Made by a program: the position numbers and the translations under genes. 64,000 nt of DNA from Octopus bimaculoides (lineage: Eukaryota). Positions 1-12,770 of this stretch are shown here, in pieces; the first letter of the stretch is position 1, and every line of letters starts with the position of its first letter. The notes beneath the pieces were generated by a model. It worked only from the letters and a program-made list of their open reading frames with translations. It was not told where the DNA came from and ran no database searches. The stretch is taken from positions 80,224,366 through 80,288,365 of the forward strand of contig NC_068991.1 in assembly GCF_001194135.2 (NCBI RefSeq), read 5' to 3'.

Positions 1-1489
1 ACATATAAATGTAAATCTAATGATAATCTGAAACCAAAATGCGCAGATTCTCAGGTGAAGAAACTCAGAGTTGTATGACATATTCCACCACTCTAACTGT
101 TCTACTGTTTTGTCAGAACTTTAGGGTTCGGAGCATTTGAAGAGTTACTGTGCATTCTTTTGACCTTCTAGAAATAGCAACAAAACAGCCCTCAAAATAC
201 ACAAATACCGATTTAATGAATGTCACATGAAATAACGCAATGTAAAGTGCCCTATTTCTGAAAATATGATGAGATTGTCTTGGCTGGAACGTCTTTGATT
301 ATGTACTTACTCAGTTAAGGAGTACCTCGTAGGTAAATAACTACAACCACAATTCAACATCGGGTTTTATTTTAATTAGAAATAAGTTTAAGTAAGAAAA
401 TATAGGACGTTGAGTTGTTTACAGTATTCTTACAAACATTAGTCGTCTAAATATAGTGAAATGGGTTCTCTTGGGAATCGAAACAGCATCACACATTTGA
501 ATGTACAGAATTTTGCTTGTTGTACCAACAGCAACAGATGTAATAACTATAGTTTATACGGAAAGTTGATGAGAATGTATTGATCCGTGACAACTAGAGA
601 TCACCATTATAATTATGAGTTCCTAATAAGTGATTGATCGCGAAGATAAAACAAAAAGAAGAAAAATGATTTACAAGTCATGATCTTGTCAAGCTGTTGC
701 TTTGAATATTTCTACAAACTGGAACTATTTATCATATTTATGACAGAATTTGTAACCCTAACTTACATACCATTCTGGGAATAATGAAAGAAAATATCAA
801 GTAAATTAAGTTAAAGTCAAGAAATGCAAACACCACGAGAATACGATTAATGAGAGAGGGGGAGAAGGAAAAGAGGGTAAACAGCATTTATTAGTTATTC
901 ACCTATCGTTAATCGATATGGAATGCTCTGAATGTTCATTTGATCTCTGTCAATAGATAACAAGATTATTCATATTGAAATCAATAATACGGAAAGGAAG
1001 GATGTCAATTCAGATGATAAAGTAAGCTAGGTTATAATTTAGCATCGTGAATTCTGAAATATGAGATGACGCTCGAAGCTTCAGAAAAGACATCCAAATG
1101 ATTTTCTTTTTAAGAGACCTTGACACAATTACAAGAAGGAATTCTATAAGGGTCATTGCCTGAAATACTACAACGATACAGGATTCTAACAAAAAGGATT
1201 TCTTTTTGTTCCATTTTAGCTTTTAATTTTATTTTCTGTGTTTATCTTAAACATCTCCTTTACCGTGAAGTCCGCTCAAGAATAAGATTATGTATCATCA
1301 GTGTAAAGCTCGAATCGATATCTTAGTATTATGTTCTGATTAAAAGCGGTCAGTCGATGGCTACGATAGAATTCTGGACTAAATCCACGCAAGTATTTAG
1401 GTTCTTTTATCTATTATTACTTAAGTCCCCGTTACTGACTGTGTAGCTCGAAGGAACTCAAATCTGAACTTAGACTATGGCTTGGATAA

Positions 1490-1735
1490 AATGAGTATTG
1501 ACTCAGTTCTGTCCTGGGTCCCTAGGAGTCATAAGGCCGGAGCATAACCCGTTTTGTATCTAAGATTAAAACCCCTCTTTCCTGAACTGAAATTCATTTA
1601 CAGCTAAGTGAACTGGAGCAACGTGAAATGAAGTAATTTGATCAAGAACACAACACACAGCCCGGTCGGAGAATCGAAATTACAACCCTGTGATCGTAAG
1701 TGCATAACCCCGAACACTGAACCAGGCGCTTTCAC
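1490..1735 (-). mobile_element. tRNA-derived SINE with CORE-like central domain
   Basis: Reverse complement shows a tRNA-like head (ggttcagtg...tttcgattctccgaccgggc) followed by tgttgtgttcttgatcaaattacttcatttcacgttgctccagttcacttagctgtaaatg. Related copies at about 49600-49810 and 57270-57450. Confidence 0.7.
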
Positions 1736-3227
1736 TTAGAAGGAAGTGTAGAAAGTGAAATATATATGTGACTATAGCTCATGCTGCAAATCTGGTTTGT
1801 TGGAAGCTTAGTATCGTTTTGGATACTAAACTTCATTCATTAACACATGAAATAAATACATATATATCAGGAAAATCAAAATATGAGGCAGATATGAATA
1901 GATCGATAACTCTTAAATGCAATGACGACATAGATTCATTTGTAAATTTGGCAGCAGATTAAATTCTTTACGCTACAGTTCATCTCAACGCCGGAATTAA
2001 GAAGGTGTTGAACGTCACACCGCTACCATTAAGCGTAATAATGTGCTATGTTTGTAAAGGTTTGTCATCAGCTTAATCTCACACAGAACACATACCCAGC
2101 CTCTTCTTTGCTACATGATGTATTTGCCTCCTTTAGCAGATATATTAGCTAAACCATTATACTTAAACCATTATTATCTACAAAATCAGATTGCCTTATA
2201 TATTTTTCTCTCTCTATTCTCATTGTTTCTTCTGATAACTTGTCATAGGAAGGAACATTCCATCTGATGTCATTTTGACAAATATGAAAGTTGCTCGTAA
2301 GTTTCTAATATAAGCAAATATAAGGCTTTTTAATTTCATTTGTTTTCTTCGTGTTTTACTTAGGTTTCTTCCTTATTCAGGAGAAGTTAGTATTTTTGCT
2401 TAGTATCATGTTTTGTTGTTTGCAGTTATACTAACGACTCGTTTAAGCACAACCATTTTGCCACTAAGCACAAGGATTTTCATTGTACCAGGCTGAAAAA
2501 TTGTCTTTATTTGCTTCAACGGATATGCATTAATATGACATTACATTCTATTTGGATTAAATTGATTTTCATGCAAGATTTTGCTTTTGATTTTTGTTCT
2601 TTATACATAACCATTTAATATTTTACTCACAATTTAACATTATAAGTTATGCAAAATTTACATGCGAGTCCGTATCATACAAAATGTATAAACATCGTTG
2701 AAAAAGCATGGTGCTGTGGTTTTTATCTGAGAGAAAAATCTCTAAATAACCACGTTGCATTAACAACACAATATCAGAGGAAGGTGAACACCGTTGCACA
2801 AGTGTCTCACGACAACGACAGAAGTATTTTGTACTGTATGGGCTTTTTTAAATGTTGACCACTCGTTTATCTCTTGTTAAAACAAATTCGTGCTTTGCTA
2901 TCTAGAAAACAGTGAATTATTCACTGTTATTGCAGAAATCTTCCCGGTCTGTTAAAATAAAATCGGTAAATGCAATTTAAACACTATTTAATTAAAATCA
3001 TCAATACAAATATGGCGATTTCATTTTAACGCTGTCTCAATAGCGTTGAACAAAACTATTTATCCAAGATTGTTTCTTAACATTTAGAAACCATAATAAA
3101 GAATTACTATGATGATAACAATTTATTGCAGTAATAATTACATGTTTTTACTTTATTGCAGCCTGTGTAAATTTGGTGTTTAAGCTCCATTCTCATACCA
3201 CTATTGAAAACTGACTGTAGTTTTATA

Positions 3228-3420
3228 ATCTAATATTCGATATTAGCAAGTAATGTTTACCAATATTGAAATCCAAGTATACGGCTCACACGTATGGGAG
3301 GGTGGTTATAACACTTATACGCATTTTAGACATTATCTAATATTCGATATTATCAAGAAAATATGCTGACAAATATTGAAACCCAAATGTACAGCTCAAA
3401 CATACAGGGCAGTGTTTATC
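3228..3420. repeat. Diverged tandem duplication, 107 bp unit x2
   Basis: atctaatattcgatatta-caag...aatattgaaa-ccaa...gctca starts at 3228 and again at 3335. Confidence 0.75.
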
Positions 3421-3924
3421 CTTCACGAGATGCAAAAATCTTAGACTTTATCCAAAATAAGACTACCTGACTAACTGGAATCGAATCACTCACAAACACA
3501 TACCAACTCACATATGTGCTGTGTCTCCTCGCATTTCCATTTTTGCTAATGCTTCTATTGTCTCTAATCCTCACACATGGCCGCTCTTGTAACACGTTGA
3601 TTCAAGGCTACTCGATACGATCGACTTGCGTCATCTTGTCAGAAGTATTGTCTGCTCCACCCCATGCTTCTCACTAACCTTTATGACCAATCCGTCCCCC
3701 TTAGATCTGTTCACCGCGTAGAAATTTGGGTCACTACAAATGCTTACATGATTAAAATTCTTCTAATTTTGACACATGACCAGGAGTTTTGAGAGGATTG
3801 AATCTACCGCAGACGTTGACTGCTAATTTATTTAATTGTCATAGAAAAGATCAAAGGCAAAACTGAGGTCGGACCAAATTACAATAAAGAAATTCTATCT
3901 GCAGGTCTGCCACCTTAATAAAAC

Positions 3925-3963
3925 TACAGCTGCTGCTACTGCTGCTGTTGATGATGATGATGG

Positions 3964-4018
<55 letters not shown>

Positions 4019-4065
4019 AACAACGACGACGACGATGAAGATGATGAAGATGATGATGATGGGGC
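3925..4065. repeat. (GAT)n microsatellite with CTG/GAC variants
   Basis: Direct reading. Confidence 0.95.
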
Positions 4066-4124
4066 GGAGGCGGAGGAGGATGGAACAAAGAAAAAAATCA
4101 TAAAATAATATTAAGAAAATAATA

Positions 4125-4670
4125 ATCCTTTCTGCTAAAGGCACGAGGCCTAGAATTTTGGAAAGAGAACCGAAACTGTGTAGAGATGTGGAAATCAGCT
4201 GCGCAGGGGATGTAGACGTAAAGCTAAAGATCAGTGTAAGAGAGAACACCGACACTGAACGATTGAGACATTGTCAGTTACTCTATCCAGATTATGGGTT
4301 CAGGTCTATACCTGTAATTAATGGGGCCCTGAGATATGTAACAGACAGCCTAAATCTTGAGAAATTAGGCTTCTTAAAATCAGAAAGGAACTGTACAAAT
4401 CTGTAAAACTTTCCAGAAGTTTGTCATTTAAGTAAATAAGAGCATGTCTAGATATGCAACTATATGCATGAGAATACATACATAAAACAAAAATACAAAT
4501 CTGCACGTATACATGCATACATACATACATACATACACACATACATACATACATGCAAACATACCCCGTTGGTGTTGAAATCCCAATGACGGAGCCTTGG
4601 ACCTATGTCAGAAACTGGTTCTTTATTGGCAAGAATCTTGAAAAATAAACTGAATAATGACATACATACA
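4125..4670 (+). mobile_element. RLE non-LTR retrotransposon (R4/Dong-like, family B): endonuclease C-terminus plus 3' UTR
   Basis: Degenerate PD-(D/E)xK-type region (RP..EREPKLCRDVEISCAGDV...LLYPDYGFRSIPVINGALRYVT..NLEKLGF). The 3' UTR has an internal (ATAC)n tract and ends ...gaataatgacatacatacat; it is shared with copies at 26205, 49121, 52466 and 52910. Confidence 0.75.
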
Positions 4671-4675
4671 TATAT

Positions 4676-4714
<39 letters not shown>

Positions 4715-5442
4715 TGCATATGACGGCTTTCTGCTCGTTCTTCTACCAATTCCCACTTTGTTGATATCCGTAAACCCCCAACTAGGGCGGCAGACAGTTA
4801 TCCCAGTTGCCATACGGTGCGAGCGAGTTGGGAGGCACGCACGTAGTAAACGAATGCCTTTAGCTATACATAAGTGCCTGGACCCATATTTTATCATCTG
4901 AACTCTTCAGTTAATTATCTTGGAAGATCAAATGGAAAATATGATATTGCAATAGGCGTTCTTCTACCGTAAACTAATTCAATTATTTAGTTGTCGATTT
5001 GAGGAAGGGGTTGCCAAGAGTTTGTAACACTTCAAAGATGATCGAAGCACTTTCCAGGACTTTCTCTTGTCTTTAATATGTTGAGAAGGTGAAAGGCTTT
5101 TGAAAATCAATTTCTTTTTTGTCAAGAAGTTGTATCTGGATGAAGGAGTTTTGTCATGGTATTCACCGACCATCAGTAACCGGTAAGATTAATTTTGCAA
5201 TCGTTAGGCTTAAACTATGCCATGTCAACGATTACAGGAAAGACGCACAAAGAATAGAGAATCTAGGAAGCTGACATTCTAGAAAGAAAAAAAAAACTGA
5301 TTATTGAATTGAAGCCAGGAATTGAGGTGTTGCATGCAATGTGGGAGATGAAAATAGAAGTACGTGACTTGGAAGTACCTGAGTGAAGGAGGCATAAACC
5401 GGCTATTTTCGAGGAATGAAAGCTTTAGTATCGGTAGAAAAG

Positions 5443-5480
<38 letters not shown>

Positions 5481-6692
5481 AACAGAGAGAGAAAGACAAA
5501 CAGAGAGAGAAAGACAAACAGAGAGAGAAAGAGAGAGGAGATAGCACATATAGGAGTCAGAGTGGGGAGAGTGTTTGGTAGTGATATCGTAGCAAACAGT
5601 CGAGCAGATTTGTTTGGATGTTGTCTATAAATTGTGAAGAATTTCTTATTTCTCTGAGAAGATCTAAAATAGCGGAAGCCACTTCACTTTGATATACACA
5701 CCTATCTTCATAGTATTTTCTGAATACTTCTTCTGCGACGTTGTTTTACATGTTTCCATTTCATAAAGCTGACAGTTCAACACTTTTTTTTCCAGAATAT
5801 CTGCTAAATTATTTTATGCATGACTTTTATGTCTTCGTCATTATATTATTGTATCCTAGGCATACATTTCTCACATCATCAAATATTATTTCACATAAAA
5901 ATGTATGACTATTTCGTTTTCAGTCTCTTACACTTTCCACCAAAAACAGAGCATTTTTTTTTTTTGCTAGTTTCTGAAATATCCTTTCTATAATTTATAC
6001 TGAATCAAAAGAATAAAAAAGAAACAGTAACCATTGTAACCTTTTCCAAGTACTTTAGATCGGATGGATAAAGACATTTGAATAAGTTTACAATGATAAA
6101 TGTTCAGTTTGATCCGTTGACGATTAGTGAGGGAAGAAGGTTATATTGGAAGGAGAGATGCCAAAAGTCATTTATCTGGCAACTACGTAGAGTTAGATAT
6201 GATTACTATGATAAATGATCAACTTGAAGTGGTAAAGACCAGTGTTTAAAAAAGAGTATTTTGAAAGGGGAGCTACGGAGAACATTATAGCTCTGGGTTG
6301 GAATGGTTGTGTCTTGATAGTAAAATTAGATGGATGGAAGACTGCCAGGTAGATGGTACCTGTAACTAAAACATCTCATCATTTCACATTGTGACACAAT
6401 ATGTTAACCTGAGGATACATTACAGAAAGGTATCTGTTGGATATTCAGCCATTTACGCGCGAATTCAGTGGACCAAAGTTCATTCATTTCACTATTCTAT
6501 CAAGATCTTCTTTTGGGTTGATCTTCAGAATATTGATGAGGTCTATTGATAAGGTCTGAAATGACGGCGAAAGTATTCTGGGAAACCAATTTGAATGATC
6601 GATCAAGCTAGCGATTGGCGAAACAAGTGATTAGTTAACAGGTTAATTAGTTAATTTGTTGACTAATGATATTAAAGTATTAAAGATGATGA

Positions 6693-6771
6693 TGGGAAGA
6701 AGAAGAAGAAGAAGAAGAAGAAGAAGAAGAAGAAGAAGAAGAAGAAGAAGAAGAAGAAGAAGAAGAAGAAG

Positions 6772-6820
<49 letters not shown>
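6693..6820. repeat. Compound (GAA)n(CAA)n microsatellite
   Basis: Direct reading; abuts the R4/Dong-like element. Confidence 0.95.
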
Positions 6821-6821
<1 letters not shown>

Positions 6822-8520
6822 GAGCTGCGCACCCCAGTGAGTAGCAGACTGGGTGCGAAAAATCAGCTACTGGTTCAAATCTTGTCGAAACACAGGAGCT
6901 GGAAGTACCCCACACCCGGAATATTCCAACAGATGGCCATCCACGCTCGTCATCAAATAACCAAAAGAGCAAGAATGAAAAATGGTCAAGGGGAGATAAT
7001 AAAGAAGATCTTAAGGCCTTCTATCGTGCCATGTATTTTCCCACAAATAAATCTAATACTGAACAAACCTACCTAAACTGGAGAGACAAGCACCTTGAAG
7101 TAAGATTCTACATAGACAGTAACAAACTTACCAACGTCAGGAGAAACATTATGGGAAAGAAATTCCTAACTGAATTAGAGATTGACCAAATTAAACAATC
7201 AGTAAGAGATAAAGGGAACAAAGTTGCAGCTAAAGAAGAGCCAATGTAACTAATAAACAAAGTGAAATACTCTCTGAACCAGCCATAAGTACCAAGGCTG
7301 ATGAAAATCAAATAGATGAAGAAAGCCTCACTGAAATTGACCCAACTGAACAAGATGATCTAAAAAAATCAAATCATGATTGAATGGCTGAAACTTAAAG
7401 AATCCAGTATGAATGAACGTGACACTCTCCTAAAAATTCGCAACTCAAACCAAATCCTGAAATGGAGAGGCTGGCTGAAACTGTGCGGTTGTGCAGCAAG
7501 GATATAGGGATAAAATTCGGTATAACGAAGTGTGCTGTTCTCAGTTTGAAACGGGAGAAGAAAACAGATTGTAGGAGCATAGAATTGCCAAACGGAGAGT
7601 GAATGGAAGACCCGGATAATGATAGGTACAAGTACCATAGGATCCTGGAGATGGATAATATCTTCTACAGAGAAATGAAAGACAAGGTCATCAGTGCATA
7701 TTTCAAGCGCCTCAAACTTCTCTTGAAATCAAAACTCAACTCCAGGAACTTTGTGACTGTCATTAACATATGTGATGTTACTGTAGTCCGCTACGGTGCA
7801 CCCATCCTGAAATGGACGCAAGCAGAGATTGACCAACTTGATCGCACTACCCGAAAGACAATGACAATGTATGGTGCCCTTCACCCTAAGGCAAATGTCA
7901 CAGGCTCTACGTGAAGAGAGGTAAGGGCTAACGTGGGCTTATTAGCGTACGGGAATTCATCAACAGTGAAAGAAGAAACATGACAGAATATTTGGTAAAC
8001 AGCAAACAAGACCTGCTACAGTATGCTGCTAATGCAGAACGATTTAACAAAAATGGACTTGAGGGTACTCATGAATTATAATCAAGAACAGCCAACGAGA
8101 GAGAAGAAAGCCTGCTCCGCATGGAATTACATGATCAGTTCCACCATGAAACCAACAAATTAAAAAACCAGGGAGCATCATGGCTGACCTAAAAAAGAAT
8201 ACTGAAAGCCTAAGCATCGCTGCCCAGAAGCAGGTATTGAATACCAATTCAATGAAAAAGAATATATGCCACACAAGTGCAAGGGACCTCTGCAGAATGT
8301 GTGAGAACGGGATTGAGAGCGTGACGTACATCGTTAGTGCATGTGAAAGTCTTGCGCAGAAAGTGTACAAGTGTAGACACGACAAAGTAGCCAAAGACCT
8401 CCACTGGCTAATATGTCGTCAGTATGGATATGGTGTTACGGAAAAGGTGATGGACGAAAAGGGGAAGGCAAAAATCTTCTGAGACTTTGACTTCCAGACA
8501 GACAAGGTATTAGAGCAAAA
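6821..8520 (+). mobile_element. R4/Dong-like RLE non-LTR retrotransposon (family A), internally deleted relic
   Basis: Collinear fragments: N-terminal WRDKH...SNKLTNVRRNIMGKKFLTELEIDQIK; late RT SKDIGIKFGITKC...KLNSRNFVTVINI...RYGAPILKWTQAEIDQLDRTTRK; zinc knuckle CRMCENGIESVTYIVSAC...RHDKVAKDLHW; start of endonuclease (DFDFQTDK). The RT core is missing; stops and frameshifts throughout. Confidence 0.85.
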
Positions 8521-8700
8521 GTAGAAAAAAGTAATTAGAATAAATGAAAATACAAAAAGTGGAAAAATAATTAAAATAAATACAAAAGTTTAGAAAAAAG
8601 AATTAAAATAAATACAAAAGTGGAAAAAATTAAAATAAAAGAAAATGCAAAAGTATAAAAAATAATTACAGTAAAAGAGAATAATAATAATAATATTAAC

Positions 8701-8738
<38 letters not shown>

Positions 8739-8782
8739 CAACAACAACAAGAATAACAACAACAACAACAACAATAATAATG

Positions 8783-8843
<61 letters not shown>
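8520..8843. repeat. A-rich degenerate minisatellite followed by (AAT)n/(AAC)n
   Basis: Repeated aaaataaatacaaaagt-type units, then aat/aac triplets. Confidence 0.85.
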
Positions 8844-8844
<1 letters not shown>

Positions 8845-9755
8845 GGATGGAGATAGACGTGACACTTGTTTTTGTCTGTAAAATTACTCTCCAACGTACA
8901 ACAGCATCCGTTTCATTACGCTTTTTCTCAAGAATATTAGAAAATAATATAATGTCTGTTTTGACGTATGACTCTTCGAAGTTTGTATGCAATGATGAGA
9001 GGAGGAACCTAACTTTTCTGTTCCGTTTCTTCGTGCTTAAAGGAGGGAAATATCAGGAAAACAGACGACACTCATCCATTCTCTCAAATCATAGGCCACC
9101 AAAAAGCGCAAGTTCTAGTTCAACCCCACCCCCATAGCATTCGTACTTAACCAAATTCACAAACTCTACCATTCCAACAATTCCTTTAAACTTTGGCTTT
9201 ACCATAATTATCTCTGTAGCAACTTCAGCTATTAAATCTCCGATGTCTTTCCAGCAATGTTTTACCATCCTATCTAATTTGTGGCACTAAATCGATTCTA
9301 CACAAATTCCTTTATCTATTTCATGAATATATTTATAGAGCAGAATATTTATTGCAATTTCTTCGGTTCGATCTTCATTTTTGATTCCATTGGAATACAA
9401 ACACGGTTATTACATTTTATTTTGGTGGGAAGCTTTCGCCACTAAAATTGCATAATGAAATATCATTTAGTTATGAGGTACTCTGTCATCTGATATTTAT
9501 CAAGGACATATTTGTGAAGGTTCTGCTAGAACTGTACATTATAACTATCATCTTCCACCAGATGTGTAACCAGCATCCTGCTATATCAACGCTTGTTACT
9601 AAAATTTAAATCCTTAATCAACTTCCAAATAGTTTCTGCTCTTCAGTTCTTATTCTAATTCTTGTCGTGTTGATCCAATCAAGTAGAAAGCATGACATAA
9701 AAGCATAAAACCAATACCTTCCTTCTTCTCCTATTATTACTATTATTATTATTAT

Positions 9756-9811
<56 letters not shown>

Positions 9812-10947
9812 TATGAAAACTCACAGCTTATTTTGCTGGGTATGATGGAAAGGGTCATGTTTACTGGTCATGCCTCAAGAACCCTTCGAAGAACTCTTCC
9901 CGGAAGCTCGCTGTTTGTTATTCGCTGCGGTATTCTTTCATTAGAACGCAGGGGAAACTGCTTAGTATCATTCCGTCCGTCTTTACCTTCAAAGTTCAAA
10001 TTTGGCTTAAGTTTAGGGTTAAGGTCGACTTTACCTTTCATTCTTTCGGGGTCGATAAAGCAAATACCAGTTGAGGACTGCAGTCAACGTAATCGTCATA
10101 TCCCGTCCCCCGAACTTCCTCGCTTCGAGCGACAATTTGATACTTATAGTAGTAATAGTAGCATCATCATCATCATCATCCTCACCACCAGCAGCAGCAG
10201 CAGCAGTACTAGTAGTAGTAGTAGTAGACAATATTCGATGTTTTGAAATGTGTTTCGATGTTTAATTATGACGAGGTGGCAGAATCGTTGGAGCCGTGGG
10301 GGAAAATTATTTGCGTTATTTCTTTTGGGTCCTTTGTGAGTCCAAATGCTGCTGTGGAGAATTGTTGTCTTTCATCCTTACACAAATCGATAAAATAAAG
10401 TATTAGTGATGACGATAATTTAAACGACTGTTACCGGCTTCCTAATATTTCTGGTTTTATGTACGAAACTACTTCTAACATTAGCTGGCCCTTAAAGAAC
10501 TGAATAGGTTGGGCTCGCAACAACAACATCAACACCAACACCAACACCAACAGCCTTGCATTTGCATTGGGATTTCGATTCAGGAATCGATAATGATTGC
10601 TGTGATTTCTTCGTTGATTAGTTAGATTTATCTTTAATTGCCAGGATCCAAAGTTAATGTCCATCTTCTAAAGAGAGCTACATGTCCAGTATCAGCAGAA
10701 TAATTCTTAATTGGATGAAATATATCGGAGATAATTGCCATCAATTACACTTATTGCAGGATGTGATTCATTTGAAATATAGCAACTTTCTTGAAGCTGT
10801 GTTTATAATTTAAAATGAAATCAATCATTTAGTGACAATTTTAAACAGATCTCATCTCTCCCTCTCCTTCTCTCCCTCTCCTTCTTTCCCTCTTTCTCTC
10901 CATTTCTCTCTCCCTTTATAAATATATATGTATATTTACACACACAT

Positions 10948-10984
<37 letters not shown>

Positions 10985-11004
10985 GTGTGTGTAGGTATTT
11001 AGAC

Positions 11005-11092
<88 letters not shown>

Positions 11093-11520
11093 TGCATATA
11101 TATATATATATATGCATGCATGTGGTGAATAGATGTAATTTTAGACAGACTAATTTTCCTATACATCAATTTGCTTCTACGCGTATTTCGCTGTCATTTA
11201 TACAGCTACCTCATAATTTAAAATTTTGTAAACACTGTTCATTAGATATATTATTTTGAAAGTAACTTTATATATTTAATTTATGTACACTTACATACAT
11301 ACATACATACATGCATAACAAAGCAAAGTTTCATTAACTTTTGTCTCAGGTAGAGTTGGTGAGTGTGAACTCATTTTTCTCCTTACATTTTATTGTTGAA
11401 GTTAACCATCCGATATTGTGGCGCATGTTGTTGATGTTTTCTTCAAGTTTTGTTTTCCATCTTGGTTGTTTCCGTTTACTAATTTAGTTACTTTGGTCAT
11501 TTTAGATTTCACCTACGTGT

Positions 11521-11755
11521 TCTTATTTCTTTACTACCCACAAGGGGCTACACACAGAGGGGACAAACAAAGACAGACAAGCGGATTAAGGCGATTATAC
11601 TGACTCCAGTGCATAACTGGTATTTATTTAATCGACCCCGAAAGGATGAAAGGCAAAGTCGACCTCGGCGGAATTTGAACTCAGAACGTAGCGGCAGACG
11701 AAATACTTCTAGGCATTTCGCCCGGCGTGCTAACCACTCTGCCAGCTCGCCGCCT
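11521..11755 (-). mobile_element. Full-length young tRNA-derived SINE (central domain resembling Meta/MESC)
   Basis: Reverse complement reads ggcggcgagctggcagag...gagttcaaattccgccgaggtcgactttgcctttcatcctttcggggtcgattaaataaataccag...ccccttgtgggtagtaaagaaataag. This is the most abundant SINE in the window. The Meta/MESC label is from recall and needs a library check. Confidence 0.85.
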
Positions 11756-11924
11756 TTCTCCTAGGTTTTCTTTAAGAGTAGTAGCTGTTGTGTATACAAG
11801 AGTATTTATATTCCAGTAATTAATTTCACATGATTTCATTCATTTGCATATGCATATGTGTACATACACACACACACACACACACACATACACACACATA
11901 CATATTCATATATATATATATATA

Positions 11925-12160
11925 TGTGATCCTGTGTGTTCCTTCTGTCCGGCATTTGCCATGATAGATCGCTGACCATTACATTTAAATTTTTTTTCTC
12001 CTTGTTTCTCTCCTTGTTTCTTTCTGTGTTCCTTTCAGTTGAAGAGTGTAGGCTCGAAACGTCAAAGACTTTCTCTATTCCCGAGCGTTAAACTAATACA
12101 TCCATTTGTTGTTTACACCACCTGTCTTCGTCTGTTGTTTTTTTTTTGTAAATTCTCCCA
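11925..12160 (+). mobile_element. Short Penelope-terminal-repeat-like element with degenerate hammerhead core, between (TA)n tracts
   Basis: TTGAAGA-G-tgtaggct-C-GAAAC-GTC at 12039-12063; (AT)n on both sides. Confidence 0.45.
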
Positions 12161-12581
12161 TATATATATATATATATATTTGTTCGGGTTTTTCTCTTTG
12201 ATCTTTCATCACTGATTTATTTCATCTGTTACCTGATTTTTGCACCTGTCTCTTATTACATTCTATACATCTAACTGTATCTATGAAACATTCAGCAGGT
12301 TAGCTCTGATTAATTTTCAGAACAATCTTCACGAATCTGACATTGTCATAGATCTTAACAGTTTAGTAGTTCCTAGTGACTATGATGTTTCATCTCGTCT
12401 ATATTGTTTTATTGTAAAGTTACGTTTGGTCATTCATAAAGGCATTGGTTATAAAGTTCTAAAGAGCCAGTAAGTGGATAGGGAGTGTCTGGAATTTGAC
12501 GCAGAGCAAATATATGTAGTAACGTCTTTCATATGGTACCAGTTTTCTTTTATTTTCTCTTGCGGATATTTACATCATTCA

Positions 12582-12770
12582 AGGCGGTGAGCTGGCAAAA
12601 GTGTCAGCACGCCGGACAAGGTGCTTAGCGGCATTTCGTTCGTCTTTACGTTCTGAGTTCAATTTCTGCGAAGGTTGGCTTTGACTTTCATCCTTTCGGG
12701 GTCAATGAAAATAACCACCAGTCGAGAGCTGGGGGTCGATGTAATCGATGACTACTCTCCCCTGAAATTG
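12582..12770 (+). mobile_element. tRNA-derived SINE (same family as 11521)
   Basis: ggcggtgagctggcaaaa...ttgactttcatcctttcggggtcaat...ggggtcgatgtaatcga. Further diverged or partial copies near 10020, 10270, 22760 (-), 27300, 29980, 30200 (-), 33210, 35580, 40940 and 41545. Confidence 0.8.

Noticed and set aside
6828-6871. HDV-like ribozyme interpretation of the pseudoknot
   Set aside because: Only about 5 nt lie between the P2-equivalent and P1 3' strands, so there is no room for P3/L3, P1.1 or P4.
10431-10667. Minus-strand ORF flanked by splice-like sites
   Set aside because: Unrecognisable peptide built partly from a (GTT/GGT) simple repeat; no supporting neighbouring exons.
11660-11755. 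tRNA gene
   Set aside because: A/B-box-like head of a SINE that continues into the SINE body; no full cloverleaf.
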